From NCBI GenBank assembly GCA_012295275.1, contig CM022674.1:11470001-11534000 (forward strand): DNA of 64,000 bases, read 5' to 3'. A program made the position numbers and the translations under genes. Below are positions 15,775 through 30,827 of this stretch, in pieces. Position 1 is the first letter of the stretch. Each line of letters starts with the position of its first letter. Source of the DNA: Chrysomallon squamiferum (Eukaryota; Animalia; Mollusca). The notes beneath the pieces were generated by a model that saw nothing but the letters and a program-made list of their open reading frames with translations, was not told the origin of the DNA and did no database searches.

Positions 15775-16458
15775 AAACACACACAATGAAATAAAGCACA
15801 CTGACAGTAAAAAGGTGTTCCCATGTCTCCCTGTGCATCAGACACATGATAGCTGTCCTTATCACAGTCTTTTGTGTCATAATTAGATTTGCCTGGGCTT
15901 TAATTGCAACCAGACATCTAAATTGTCATGTAATTAACAGGGCTATCCTCTTCACAGTGTTTGGTTTCACGGATGAAATTGGCCAGATAAAAGAAAAAGA
16001 AAAAGAAAATGTTTAGAGAGAGATGATGATGATGGGTTTTTACAGGCCATGCTGTAATTAAAGGGGCAACCTCTGTTGTGTTTTTGTGTCAGTGATGAAA
16101 TGTAATACAGAGTTGCACAGCTTTTTTCTTCTGTTCTTTTCATTTTGGTACATTTTACATCCATTTTATTGTAATACTTTGTACAAGTGTCATTGTAGCG
16201 TGCTATGTGTAAATATGATGTCATTGTTTTATTACTAATAATATTATATTGTACAATTTTTTCATATTGTAACACATTGTAACTAACGTCATCTTTACAA
16301 TATGTGTAGTATAATTATATCATTTTTATTTAATGTATTTAAAAATGGACAAATAAGAGTGGAATATATAATTCTGGAATCAAATGTATTATGTTTGGAT
16401 TTTGTTGTTGCTGTTGTTCATATCTTAAACAGTGTTTATTAAATAATATTTAGAACAA

Positions 16459-16520
<62 letters not shown>

Positions 16521-16835
16521 AAGATCTTTTATTTATTTATTTATTATTATTTATTTTTTTGTCCCAAGAAGATAAGGAAGGCCAGAGTTACCAAAGTATT
16601 AAAAGGTGTTTTAATAAAATATATTATTACATGTACATACACATACACATACTTCATATATATACATATATGCATGCAAATGTGTACTATGCTCATATAT
16701 TTTATATTACATTACTTTACCTTATTATTATTATGTTTATTTATCTTTTTTAAAATATATACATACATAAACACATATACAACTAAAATATGCAAACATT
16801 ATATACATCCATCCATCTCTCCATCTATATATAGA

Positions 16836-16882
<47 letters not shown>

Positions 16883-17899
16883 TAAATTTACCATAAGAAC
16901 TCCAGTCATTTCTTATTAAAACAATACACCATTTCTTCTCTTTTACTTCTCTCACATTTTCTGTCCAGAATTTAAAAGAAAAAACAAAAAAAGGATTCAT
17001 AAATAATTCATTTCCAATTGTTTTCAAAAGAGAATCAACACACATCTGATTTAACAGTTTTAACACGTTTACTTATTGAAAAATAACGAGAGAGATAAAA
17101 AAAAGTTCTCTTTAAAATATTTTTTTCGTGCCTCACTTTAGGAAAAAACTGTTTTAATGGTTTCTGTCAACATGGAAAAAGCTCTTAAACAGGTCTCTGT
17201 TGTGATAGCGAGATCTCTTTCTCAGATGAACGACGCGAATGTCGTGGGAAGATCTCAGTGTTGGTGCCATCCATGTAAACTTTGAAAACTGTGTGAGAAA
17301 GTGAAATACACTCCGTGTGTGTAACTCCTACGTATTACTAGATATACACACATCATGTATGTATGTCTCTAGTCTCTCTCTCTCTATATATATATATATA
17401 TACACAGCATGTATGTATGTCTCTAGTCTCTCTCTCTCTCTATATATATACACATACATACAGCATATATGTCTCTATTCCACCCATATATATTGCATAT
17501 AAATATATAAACACATAGCAGTCCACCCATATATATATATATATATATCTTATAATACATAACAATCTACATATACACTTGTTGTATATATACAATGTAT
17601 GTGTGTATATGTATATGTATATATGTATTGTCTGAAAATACATACACACACACACATGCATGCACATGCACACTTGCATGTACACAAACACACATATACC
17701 ATAAAATGACTGTATGGAGTGCTATGTATTATACAACAGGTGTGTGTAGATTTCTGTGCATTGTAAGATATATACAACAAGTATTATTGCTATGTATTTG
17801 ATATATATAGAGTGTATATGTTTTATATATACAACATGTAAGTTTGTTATATGTCATGAAGGTATATATATACATATATATATATGTGTGAATGTGATG

Positions 17900-17938
<39 letters not shown>

Positions 17939-19037
17939 TGTTGCTATGATATATTGTGACAATTATGTACATACAATTATGTAATATATTTATTTTATTC
18001 TCATGTTAATGGGGTAAAGTTAACAGTTGTTGCAGCTGTTATCATCAAAACTACTACAACAGCATGCAACCCAAACTCTTATAACAACAACAACAACATT
18101 AACAACAACAACCACAATATCAACATCAACAACAATAACAACAACAACAAAAACAACAGCAACAACAACGATAATAATGAATATGAATGTGAAGGTAATT
18201 AGAAGAAAAAGTAAATGATGACAAAAAACCTTAATTAAACTGATCAGTATTTAGCAACAAAGAATCTAACTGAGAAAAAAAGTTGAAAGAAAAAAAGAAA
18301 CAAATAAGAAACAAAACTGATAAATCAAATTTTATTGGACTTAGCATGGGAAAAAATGGCAGTAAAAAAGGACATTAAAAGGAAAAAAAGGAGAGAGAGA
18401 CAAAAAAACAAAACATTTAAATTGTGTGGAAGACAAAAAAAGTGTCAGAATTAATTTAGCTTAAGAGTGTTTTGTTTTCCACCTGACCCCAAGAAATAAA
18501 AACCTTGATACCACATTGTGTTAACAACACATGTAATAGCTGATAACCAGACATCTACTTTAATCTGTTATTACAAATAAGTGACACATTTTCAAACACA
18601 TCGAGATTCTTATTCAAACAGCAATAAGGTATAGACTGCGGGTACCATACAGCAAATGATCCCATAGAATGTGTTAATTTGTTACTCTCCAAAACGTTTC
18701 AGTTAAGAAGATGTACAGTGGATGTCTGCGTGATTCATTATTGTAAAAACTATGTAGAACTCAAACACTGCTCAAATCCTAATTTGCTGAAATGATGCTC
18801 AAAGCCTATTTGTATTGTTCAAATCCAAGTGTAACATATTCCAGTCTTTCTCACAGTGTGTCGCAAACCCTGATCAAGTTCTGCTAAAACTCTTCTCAAT
18901 CTATCTAACCTTCTCAAAACTGCTCAGACTCTGTCAAACCATACACTGCTCAAATGATAGCTACAGCTCAGTTAAAACTTGTTCACACTCTGCTCAAAAT
19001 CTGAGTTGAAATAATTTTACTTAAACAGTATCCCGAA

Positions 19038-19446
19038 AATACTCAAATCTTTCACGAACATTGTACAAACAATACTCTAATCTTTCGTGAACAATGTATG
19101 AACAATACCCAAATCTTTCATGAACAATGTGCAGACAATACTCAAATGTTTCTTGAACAATTTATAAACAATGCTCAAATCTTTCATGAACAATGTACAA
19201 AATATACTCAAATCTTTTTTGAATGGTGCACAAATGACACTCAAATCTTTCTTCAACAGTTTTCAGACAATACTCAAATCTTTCTTCAACAGTTTTCAGA
19301 CAATACTCAAATCTTTCTTCAGCAGTTTTCAGACAATAGTCAAATCGTTCTTCAACAGTTTTCAGACAATACTCAAATCTTTCTTCAACAGTTTTCAGAC
19401 AATACTCAAATCTTTCTTCAGCAGTTTTCAGACAATACTCAAATCT
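19038..19446. repeat. 33-bp minisatellite, about 12 copies
   Basis: CAATACTCAAATCTTTCTTCAACAGTTTTCAGA; right-hand copies near-identical, left-hand copies diverged. Confidence 0.9.
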
Positions 19447-21319
19447 TGCTGAAGTCTGGTGTGGTGACAAGACAGTGCAAAAGCAGGATCAATATTTTAA
19501 TGAACAGTGTTCAAATCTTGTTACCCTGGACTGGTGTACACTCTGAAGACAGTGCACTCTGGAAAGCAGGATCAATATGTTAATGGAACACTCTCAATCC
19601 AGTCACCCTGGACCCTTACACTCTGAATCCAGTCACGCTGAATTCCTCACAAAGGCTGTGGTTTGTATTGTTTGTCAATTATTCTCCTCTTCATTTGTTG
19701 TTTGAGGTCTTAGCAGTGAGGGTTTAAGTTGGGTGTGGTCAGGTCTGTGGGGTGTCTTTTTGCCTCCCAGACCATATTTATGATGGTAAATGAGCTCAGT
19801 GTGAGTGTGTTAGTGTGTGTGTATGTGTGTATGTGTGTATATATATATATATATATGTACGTGTATATGTCTATGTGTGTATATGTGTATTTTTATATAT
19901 GTATGTGTATATGTGTGTGTATATGTATATATAAAATGTTCATATATGTATATGTGTGTGTATGTGTATATATATATATATATATGTATGTGTATGTCTG
20001 TGTGTGTGTATGTATATATAAAATGTACCTATATGTATATGTGTGTGTATGTATGTATGTATGTATGTTGTATGTCTGAGTGCATTGTGTATGTATATAT
20101 ATCAAATATATCTATATGCATATGTGTGTGTATGTATGCATGTATGTTGTATGTATGTTTTATATCTGTGTGTATTGTGTATGTATCTGTCTGTATGTAG
20201 AAGGGTGGTCATTAAATAAATATAAAACTTTATATTTGTTTTCAATGACTGAATATAGATACTCAAAATAAATATGTAATTTTATCTTTCAAGATTTTTC
20301 TTTAAAACTAAATAAATCAATAAAACATAACAAAACAAACCGAGACACAACAAGCTTCCAAGGTTATTTTTATTTATTTATTTATATTTTTGTAAAAACA
20401 AAAAGAGGACCAAAAAAAATAAAGCAGCAAGAAAAATCATTAAATTATTCAGCAAAGCAGAAAGATCAGAACTTGAAATCAGTATACACAGCCACTCAAC
20501 AGGTCTGTAACATTTCTGATAAACAAATCAGTCTGAAAATCAAGGGAACACAACTCTTAACACAATAACCTAGTGACACCAGATGGCAGTCGACATCATG
20601 TGACCAGAAGGAAACAGACTCTAAGCTTGTCTTATGGCTTGTAAAACAAACAGAGAAAAAAAAAAAAAAAAAAAAAAAAAAAGAAAAAGAAAAGTTACAC
20701 ACCAAACCAACCATGCATGTTGTTAAGAGAAAGGGTGGGGCTGGTTGCAGAGGAGGGGAATTCTAGAATCATTATTGTTTGTTTGTTTCTGGGTGATTTA
20801 AGCTTGGATCTGGAAAGGCTCCTGTTTCCAGTGGTTACATAATACCAAAGTGAGGCATGAATGTATTGGTTACCAGTCCCTTGTTATGTCCTACTGGAGA
20901 TGAACAGAGAACAGAAAGGGTAACAAATCAGGGTAATTGGTGTGAGTGAGAGGTGAAGTTGTGAAAAAATAAATAGAGAGACAATTGTGGAGTAATTGGT
21001 GACTTGTCAGTCTCTAACAAAACTGCTGTCTACACAGTGAAAAATGTCATCTCTACATGAAAACTGCAGGGAGGCGTGTCTGGCTGTCAATCAAACAGAT
21101 AAATGACAATCTGAGATGAAGACAATTTTCTTAGAAAGTAGAAATTAAATTTTGTAAAAGTAAAGAAAATGAGAAAATGATTTTGGTGTTCAAAAAGTAA
21201 AGATAAACTAAGAAAGAAAGAAAATAAGATTCTTAAAAATATTTTCTTAACAATAAGTTAAATCCTGTATAGTGATCATTATTGTTGTTGTTGTTGTTGT
21301 TGATGTTTTCTTCATCATC

Positions 21320-21398
<79 letters not shown>

Positions 21399-22334
21399 GT
21401 CATTATCATTATCATTATTATTGAAAAATAATGATTTTTATAATCATACTCAAGTTGTTATTATTATTATTATTATTAAATGTACATTACAATAGTAACA
21501 AATTAACTATACCTTTGATTTATATATTCACATTTGAGAGAACAGCATACATCAAAATGTTTTGTTATTATAAACATTTTTAAAAACTGAAAACACTGTT
21601 GAAGCCACACTTCTGTGTTATATCAGCTCTATTTGAAAAACAAAGCCATGGAAATTAATTATAAAAAGAAGTGTTGGAAAGTAAAAGAAACCATTTTGTT
21701 CATCCATATATGAATATTTTGAAAATTTCAGCTGAAACAATATTGTCATTGTATGAAAAGTAGAAAAAGAAATCTGTTCAAAATATTGTTTAACACAGTA
21801 TTTAATAATAATAATAATAATAATAATAAAATAAATAAATAAAATATAGTAGTAAACTATAGAAGTAATCTTAGACAATAAAATCATATCTATTTTAATT
21901 GCAACTTCTCAATATGAAAATATCTAAAAGACCAGCAATAAAATATTATTAAAAATCTACATAACTGAAAAAAGAAAGAAAAATGTAAAGAAAAAAAGAC
22001 TCTGAAGAGAAAAGCCCCCCCCTCTTTCACAAACTCTCTCAATATATCACCAACATGCCTAACCCATAAAAAGATTTTTCCATCTGAAAATTTCAGCCCC
22101 TGAAATGTCATAAAGCTGCCTTTGTTGAGGAAAGTTTTGTATGTGAAAGTTGTTTGGCTGACAGCTGTAGTCTCCATTGTCACTTGATTGGTATCACCTG
22201 AAGCTTAGTTCTTTTAACATGCAACACATCTTGAACAAAAGCTGTAACGGTAAGGTGATAAAGTGCAATACTTTTACTCACACATTTTCTCCTGATACAG
22301 CTAAAACACTGAGTTTCCTCAAACTTTCACTTTC

Positions 22335-22775
22335 TCTCAGACCCACAGTCAAAATATTGTATTTTCTCAGACTTTTACTCATGGTCAAAATATTGTATTT
22401 TCTCAAACTAGTACTCAGTTTTATTTTAAATGTGAGCTACTTTTACTCACTCAGCATTTAACCATAGTCAGAATGTTGTTTTCTGAAATCAACAAACTAC
22501 TTTTTTTCATAATCAGACTATTGTGTTTTTTTCAAACAAGTTAGCAATTTTTACTCATAGTCAAAATATAGTATTTTGTCAAAGTGAACTACTTTTGCTC
22601 ACTTTATTACATGGTAAAAATATTGTTTTCTCAAACCTGTGAACTACTTTTACTCATGGTCAGAATATTGTATTTTCTCAAAGTGACTTTCTGTCAATCA
22701 CTCTGAACACTTACTAAAGGTCAATTTTTTTTTTTTATTTCGATGAACTACTTTTACTCATAGTCAAAATATTAT
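22335..22775. repeat. Degenerate ~35-45-bp tandem repeat
   Basis: Repeated CTACTTTTACTCATGGTCAAAATATTGTATTTTCTCAAA. Confidence 0.7.
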
Positions 22776-23637
22776 TTGCTAATCTAATTTCACTTGCTTC
22801 CAGTCTTTACACCTAAAAATCTAAAATAAATATTTCTCTTGAATTTTTCTCCCAAGTAAAGTAGAAGAATAAATAACAGAGAGATATAAAATTGTTAGCT
22901 ATTTCCATTAACAACCTTACCCCACTCCAAAATCTGGTTCTTTTTCTCAAAAGTAATAAAAGAAAATTAAAGATTAGATACAATACTGTGAGATACATTT
23001 ACTCATGTATTCAAAATATTATTACTTTAATAATAACAACAACAACAACAATAATAATAATTAAAATAAATTTAAGTTTCCTAAAAACAAAACTTTAAAA
23101 GTGAGAAAGTTAGTAATTAAATCATAATTTTAAGAAATACTACTAATAAAATAATTTTATAATGTTCTAAAAAAACAACAACAATATAATAATAATAATA
23201 ATAAAATCAAATTCCCTCACATTTAAATAAAACAGAGAAAGTTAACAATAAAAATTATACAGATAAAATGTTTACCTTTTGTTACAAGAGAAAAGAACAA
23301 AGGTATATGATTTATGGTTCCAGTGCCTGATACTGGTCATTTTTGGCCAGGTCACCAGGTACACAGAGGTCAAACATTTTGTGAGAAAGCACAATTTGAT
23401 TTTATTATTTTTGTACCAATTATAACAAAAGTCAGTTTCATTAGAAATATTAGCGTGTGGGAAAAAAGAGAGAAAGTGAAAGAAATTCTGACCAGATAAA
23501 CATACAGCAGAAAGATAATATTACCAGTACTAGTAATTGAGATATATTACTATAAATTATGTTCTTAATTATGTATATGCATGCATATACATAATTATAT
23601 ACATATGGCTATATAAACATAATCATATATATAATTT

Positions 23638-23669
<32 letters not shown>

Positions 23670-24767
23670 GACAGATGAATATACATATAGTAAACATATA
23701 CTCAAAGAGAATTATAAAATGCAGATAATTATATATGGAGAAATAATCTTGTTAAAGTATACTTTGTGTTTTTTTAAATAGCATGCCTAAAAACCCCAAA
23801 TAAACTGAATTACCACATTCAATAACATTTATTTTTTATTTTTTCTATTTGGAACAATAATTTTATTCCAAAAACTCTCTTTCCATGAAGATATTTTTAA
23901 TTTATTTGAAAAAATGTACTACAACAACTACTACTACTACAACACTAATAATAACAACACTACCAGCAACGATATTATACAAATAAATAAACTGTAAATA
24001 AAAAAGTCTCTGATTAGCTATACTTTACTAATATTTCACTCTGTATACAACACTTTCTTGTTAAACTATATCTGTGACATTATGAATAAATAACCAAATT
24101 TTGTATATTCAATGAATAATTAAATTTTTAATTTGTTTGTTTTTTGCTAAAGATACTGTTGTGAGTGTAAGCTAATAGCCAACACATATTTTGTAAACTT
24201 TCAAGTGATTGTTTTATTTGTTTCCTATGAAAATATAGCCATGATGATATGCAAAAGAATTTCAGTAGAATTTTTATTTATTTTCATGTAATAGTTTTAT
24301 TTATTTATAGCTTCTTTGATGATACATAAGTACATATATACTGTGTATAAGCAACATACATATTATATACACATACACATACACATGGATATTAATGTGA
24401 CTGTTTTATTTCTTCTTAAAGTATGAATTTGTAAATTTACAGCTTAAAATTATTTTATATATATTTCAATATGATTCTTTGAATTGTTACAAATAAGCTT
24501 TACTAATAATATACATTTTTAAACTTTTTCAGAGATTTTATCTAAGAAATCTAAAACATGAACAATATTAAATTAAAATGTGTAATTAAGAGATAAATGT
24601 TTTGCTGATCTCACCCAAGTCTAATTACTCTGAACAGGCTGAGTCTGGTGGGATTGTGTCTGTAATTCAAGTGATATAAAATATACAAGTAGCTTGATAG
24701 CAAGGTTAATATAAAAAATACAGAAAAATTAAATAACTTTAACAAATGTGAATATGAATATTAAAAC

Positions 24768-24800
<33 letters not shown>

Positions 24801-25280
24801 TGCACACACACACACAAAAGAAAAACACAACAAATAACAGCAACTACTATACTACAAACATCCATGCAACTACAACAAATAGAACAATAGGATGAGGATC
24901 TATTACACAGGTGTACGCAACATTTCCAGAACTTTAACAACTACTACAACTACTCTACCTTTGCTACACTTCATCTGTAACTTGAGCAACTGCTCTGACA
25001 AAAACAACTACTACAGCATCAAAAACAAGACTAAATGATAATCACCATTGTTACTACTGCTTTGGTAACAGCCACTTTATAATTATAACAAAATGACTTT
25101 GGTTATTTTCACAGTTTGTGAACTGATCAGCTTTGATGAAACCCCAAACAACTGCTCCAAATCTGGTAACAACAGCTACAACAACCTGTCCAAAATAAAT
25201 GAAAACTAAAAATGTGTCTTGACCTTTCTGTTTCATAAAATTAGAGACTGAAGTTTTGAAATAAAACCAAAAGTTAATTA

Positions 25281-25323
<43 letters not shown>

Positions 25324-28300
25324 ATTATTATTATTATTATTTATTATCGTTATCATCTTCATCATCATGATTATCATTATTATCATTATCATTGTTATTA
25401 TTATCATTATTGTTATTTTTGTTATTATTATTATCACTACTTCTACTGCTATTATTACTATTACTTTTATTATTGTTATTGTTATTATTATTATTATTAT
25501 TTTTATTACTATTATTATTATTATAATTATGATTATTGTTGTCATTATTGTTTTGTTTGTACAGGAAATTTTGATTGACAGTTTATCTGCCTGAGTCAGG
25601 ACTTCAAGTAGAGATTTCAAAGTTGAGTTTTAATTGGCGACGATGATGCCGAAGTGTTACATCCTCTTGTTGAAAGAGGAGACATCCTGGGAAGGAAGTC
25701 ATACGTAGGACGTAGGATGGACAGCCAGGAATACAGACTAAAATAACGAGGATGATGATGATGTGAACGTTACAACAAGAAGAACAAGATCAAGAATACT
25801 AGACAACAAAATAACAACAACAACAAAAAAAGAAAAAAAGAAATACATCAATAAATAAATAATAAAAATATAAATGTAAATAAAAATAAAATTCAAATAA
25901 ACAATAAGAAAGCAGAATTAATAATGACATTAAATTTTAATAATAATAACTATACTGTTACTACTGTTGACATTACTACTACTACTACATCTACTACTCT
26001 ATTACTACTACTACTACCACTACTACTACCACTACAACTACAACTACTACTACAACTGCTACTACTAGCACTACTGCTAAGACCATGCTCTTGTTCATTT
26101 GTTTATTTATTTATCTTTATTTAAATAATTATTTACTTATTGAAAATACCATTCATTATTCATTCATTGAAAACAATATTCATTATTTATTTATTTATTA
26201 CATTACTACTTTTTAAATCTTCTCCGTATTTGCTAAACTTTATTTCTTTCCTGCTTAAAAATATATTTTTGAACTTCACATTAGAAGTTTTTCTTTTGAA
26301 ACTCAGTTTTGATATTCTTCACTCTAAAAGTGTTTAAGTATTTAAGCTGTTCTTTGTTTATGTGTGTATTGTTTTCATATTAAACTTCAAATGAAAATTT
26401 TGAGTTAGTTTAAGTAGCCCATATCTTGGCAGAACAAAGTGTTTGTTGGTAATAAGATCACACTTTTAAGTTGTCCTTTGTAAAATCCAGTTCAAATCAC
26501 TTAATAGTAGAAAGAAACACAATTTATGTAACTCGGTTTTGAAACTACTGGGTGTACATACACACAGACAGACTGACAAACAGAAGTATAGGTTTATTTA
26601 CTGTATTGTGTTGTACTGGTTTGTGCTCTGTTGTGTTATATTATATTATCATGCATGTAGCATATGAACACTTTCAGACTTATTAAAACAGCATACTGAA
26701 TTAAACATAGAGAAGCATGTTCATAAACACATACAACATAAACACATACAACATACACACACATACAAGAGAGACACAGATATATACACACACATACACA
26801 CATACAGTTATATACTATATATTTGTGTACACATACACAGTATCCCATCCCAATGTCCATCCATTCATCTGTCCATACCCTTTTACAAGTACATACTAAC
26901 ATGCATAAAGTTTTAAAGTTTTGAAAGTAGTAATGATAAATAAACAATATTTAGAAGAAAGGAAAAGAATAAGAAAATGGAAAGGATGTTCATAAACAAA
27001 CAAATGAATAAATAAGGAAATAATTAATAAAATCAAAAATTAATAAAATTTTGCTTTTGATAATCAAAATACTCAGTATTGCAAATAAGCATATATTATT
27101 CTTTCATTGCTTTTGATCTGTTAATACATGAATAAAATATAAACAAATAAATAAATAAATAAATTATAAACAAAGAAACAAGGAAACAAAAAACACACAA
27201 GAAACAAATATTCATTCCAATTAACCTCTTCTTGTAAAAATAAATAAAATCTACATAAACAGAAAAATAAAAATAAAAAATGAATTAAAATAAATTAAAA
27301 ATCACTAATAAAATTCATTATTGAAAAACACATCAAATTTAAAAAAAAAAAAAAATTCTTGCGACAATCTCACAAAAAAATAAAAAAATAAAATAAAAAT
27401 AAAAATCAAAATAAAAATAAAAATAAAAATAAAAAATAAAAATGAAAAAGAAAGTTAAAACGTTAAGAAAGGTTAAAATGCTTCAGACTGAAGACTAGAA
27501 ACGAGAAATCATCCAACGAGAATAAAAATCTCTTCGGGGATTATTCCATCAGACAAGAGCGAATGACAACCGCTAATTTGAGCGTGTGCAGACATCTCTG
27601 GCTGTCAGTCAGCGAGCGGTGATCTTTTCTCTAACAAGGGAAGCCTGCTCATCATGTTGTCACTGTCAGCCCACAGAGCTGGGCCAGCCTGTCACTTACA
27701 CCAGCTCCGCTTGTAGCACTTAATGGTGTTTTACTCTCTCCCATTCCTCCTCCGCGATAGCCACTTTGTGCTGCAGCGATCTCTGCCGCCTCAACACAGC
27801 CTGGTGGATGAAAGCAGCGAGTGATGTGGCAAGCGTTTGAAACGGTCAATTTTCAGAATGGACAATATGAATCAATTGCATTGATTTTTTTTTGTTTGAT
27901 TTTTTTTCTATTTAAGAGCTTATTTTTGACTTGTTGGCTTCTTGATTTCTTCTTTTAAAACATTCCTGCTTCTGTTTTTTATTTGTTTTTTTTCTTTAAA
28001 TGAGTTAATCCTTTTACTTAAATGCACAATATTTATTCTCTTTAAGATATTCTTTTTATTAAATTTTAAGACTTAAAGCACATGTGATTTGCCTTAAGAT
28101 AATACCAAAATTTAAATGGATAATTTGTTTTATTAAACAGTCAAGAGTGACTGCTTTTAAATGAGTTAATGCTTCCCTTTCAGACAATAACAAGTAAGTT
28201 ATATTTAAATCTAATTCTTCATTAAACACCAGAGTGACACTCTTTAAGATCTACCAGATAACTTGCATTACCATTAAACTAAGTTTTTATCAAACACCAG

Positions 28301-28865
28301 ACTCTTTAAAGCAATAAGAAATTCTGAATCTTTATTAAACACAAGATTCACTCTCTGTAAGGCAACAAGAGAAAAACAACACTTAAATACTGCAACTTCA
28401 GTTACATCCTCTGTCTTTAATCAACAAACCAGAGTGATTCTATAACTTCAGCTAAATTCTTTAATCTAAAGTCTTTATCAACATACCAGAGTGACTGCCT
28501 TTAAGACAACAACAAGCAGGTGTATGTTCTCCCTATCACACTGTACGAAGCTCTGAGACAAGTTTTTATCAGGACACAATTAACCCTCAGCTTTCTGGAT
28601 GTCACATGGACAAATTAGCTCAGTCCTATCCAGTTACTTCAGACCTTTAATTACACTCAGAAAGCATCTGCTTGCATCTTAATTTCAAATCAGTGCTGAC
28701 AGGGCCAGAAAACAGTAGAGAAGATAACCCATTGTCTGAGACAGATGAAAGGGAAACACAGGGGTGGGGTGTAAAAATGAATTTCTAGTGTTAAAATAAA
28801 TGTTACGAAAATAAATTAAAAATAAAACACCTGTTTTTGTTAAACATCTTACATACTACTGTCAT

Positions 28866-28977
28866 TGAGAGACAGAAACACCCTGTGTTGAGAGACAGAA
28901 ACACCCTATACTGAGACAGAAACACCCTCTATTGAGAGACAGAAACACCCTGTATTGAGAGACAGAAACACCCTGTT
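28866..28977. repeat. ~23-bp minisatellite x5
   Basis: TGAGAGACAGAAACACCCTGT.T repeated. Confidence 0.85.
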
Positions 28978-30468
28978 TTGGGAGATATCTCACATATTAG
29001 ATCACCTGTCTATAATGTGAGAAACATCTCATATATAGACCACCTTTCTATTAGAAACATATATCTGTATAACAAGTGAAACAGGCATGTAGTAAATACC
29101 TATATACATATATATTTACATACATATGCATACATACATATGCATACATACATATATACATACATACATACATACACACATACACACACACACACACACA
29201 TACATACATACATACATACACAGTCAAAGATACATTATACACATTCATACACACACACACATTCATACATACATAGTTACATAGATATGGATATACTGTA
29301 AATTATTTGTCTGTGTGTATAAATGTATGTATGCCTGTATTCATATATACATCTTTGTATTTGTATATTAAATAAATTATTTACTAATACAATTACATTA
29401 GACAAGTAGTGTAAATATACACTACAGACTGTGCAAATATAATGCACAAGTGTTTATCAAACATACCAGTGTAATTAAATACCACAATGAAAAATATTTA
29501 TAATATCTCACATCATTAGGAGGTATATATTAGAAATATCAAACAACATCAGCAATAATATATTAAATATACAACTTATCGTATATAAGTGTATAGCCCA
29601 CATATCAGTATGATTAAAAGTGAAATATTAAACATGCAGTTGTGAGTATAACGATGTGAGATATTTACAGTAGCTAACACTGTTATGAGGTGCTCTACTT
29701 CATAACTACAAACATACTTGACAATGTGGACAAACTACACAATAGTACTTTCACTAATTGTATTGACATATGGGGCCCTGATAGGGTTCAAATCATATAT
29801 ATATATATAAAAAAAATTACAAAAGAGCATTCATTGCACACTCACACAGACAGACAGACACACAACACAATTCTTCAGTGTTGTCTTTGTATTTGCCATT
29901 CCTGCAGATAAATCACAGGCTTCCCTGAATTAAAGAACTGAGACTGGTGGTAAATTGATGGATGGATGAACAGACAGACAGACTGAAGGATGAATAAATG
30001 GAGGAATAAATTAGAGGCAAAAACAGACAAGTACCAACAAAACTAATCCAATATCCTCAAAGGTACCTCTTTTGACCATTCCAGTCAACAGATAACGAAG
30101 CCATACAGGTGAAATACAGGTGTTACAGGTAAAGCCTTACCTGAAAGGTGAGGAACATACTGACGGAGATAATCACATAATCTAGCTTGTAGAGAAGTTA
30201 TGCAAGAGAATAAAAACAACACACAGTGAATTAGCTTCTCTGTACAAACACGTCTCTAAACACTGACACTCTCACAGGTAAGCTTGCCCCCCCCCCCCAT
30301 TACATCTCACCTGAGTGCTGGACACAGTGACATGCTCATTATGTTTTCATGATTATGTGTGGGTATGATTTGTAATTAGGTTTTGAAAATATATCAATGT
30401 TTCCTACATATATTTTTCACTGTTAAGAATATATATATATAATCTATATTCATATATCTGTATCTATA

Positions 30469-30518
<50 letters not shown>

Positions 30519-30794
30519 ATATATATATCTATCATCTATCAATCTATGTATGTATGTATGTATGTGTGTGTGTGTGTATATATATATATATGTTTATATG
30601 AAACACACATACAAATAAACAATCATATATTAAAAAAATTGTTAATAACACAAGTATATGCATATACACACATATACAGATACTTACACACATACATACA
30701 CTCAGACATATGCACAACAAATACACAACACCACTCCCACACACATACATACACAAACACAGACACAGATACACACACACACACACAGACACAG

Positions 30795-30827
<33 letters not shown>

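Noticed and set aside
19098-19583. 161-aa ORF with NTQIFLQQFSD repeats
   Set aside because: It is the translation of a 33-bp minisatellite that is open in several frames and on both strands; no splice context or homology.
25054-25620. 188-aa ORF and other poly-I/N/CV/HT/LS ORFs in the track
   Set aside because: Translations of (AAT)n, (CA)n, (GA)n and (ATAC)n microsatellites.
27652-27849. GC-rich 65-aa minus-strand ORF as an exon
   Set aside because: No suitable acceptor or donor and no homology; better explained as a regulatory island.
28866-28977. CRISPR-like appearance of short direct repeats (also 54083-54257)
   Set aside because: No unique spacers, no cas genes, eukaryotic context; these are simple minisatellites.
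29956-29966. TGATGGATGG Pbx-Hox site
   Set aside because: Part of a (GATG)n/(GACA)n microsatellite patch.
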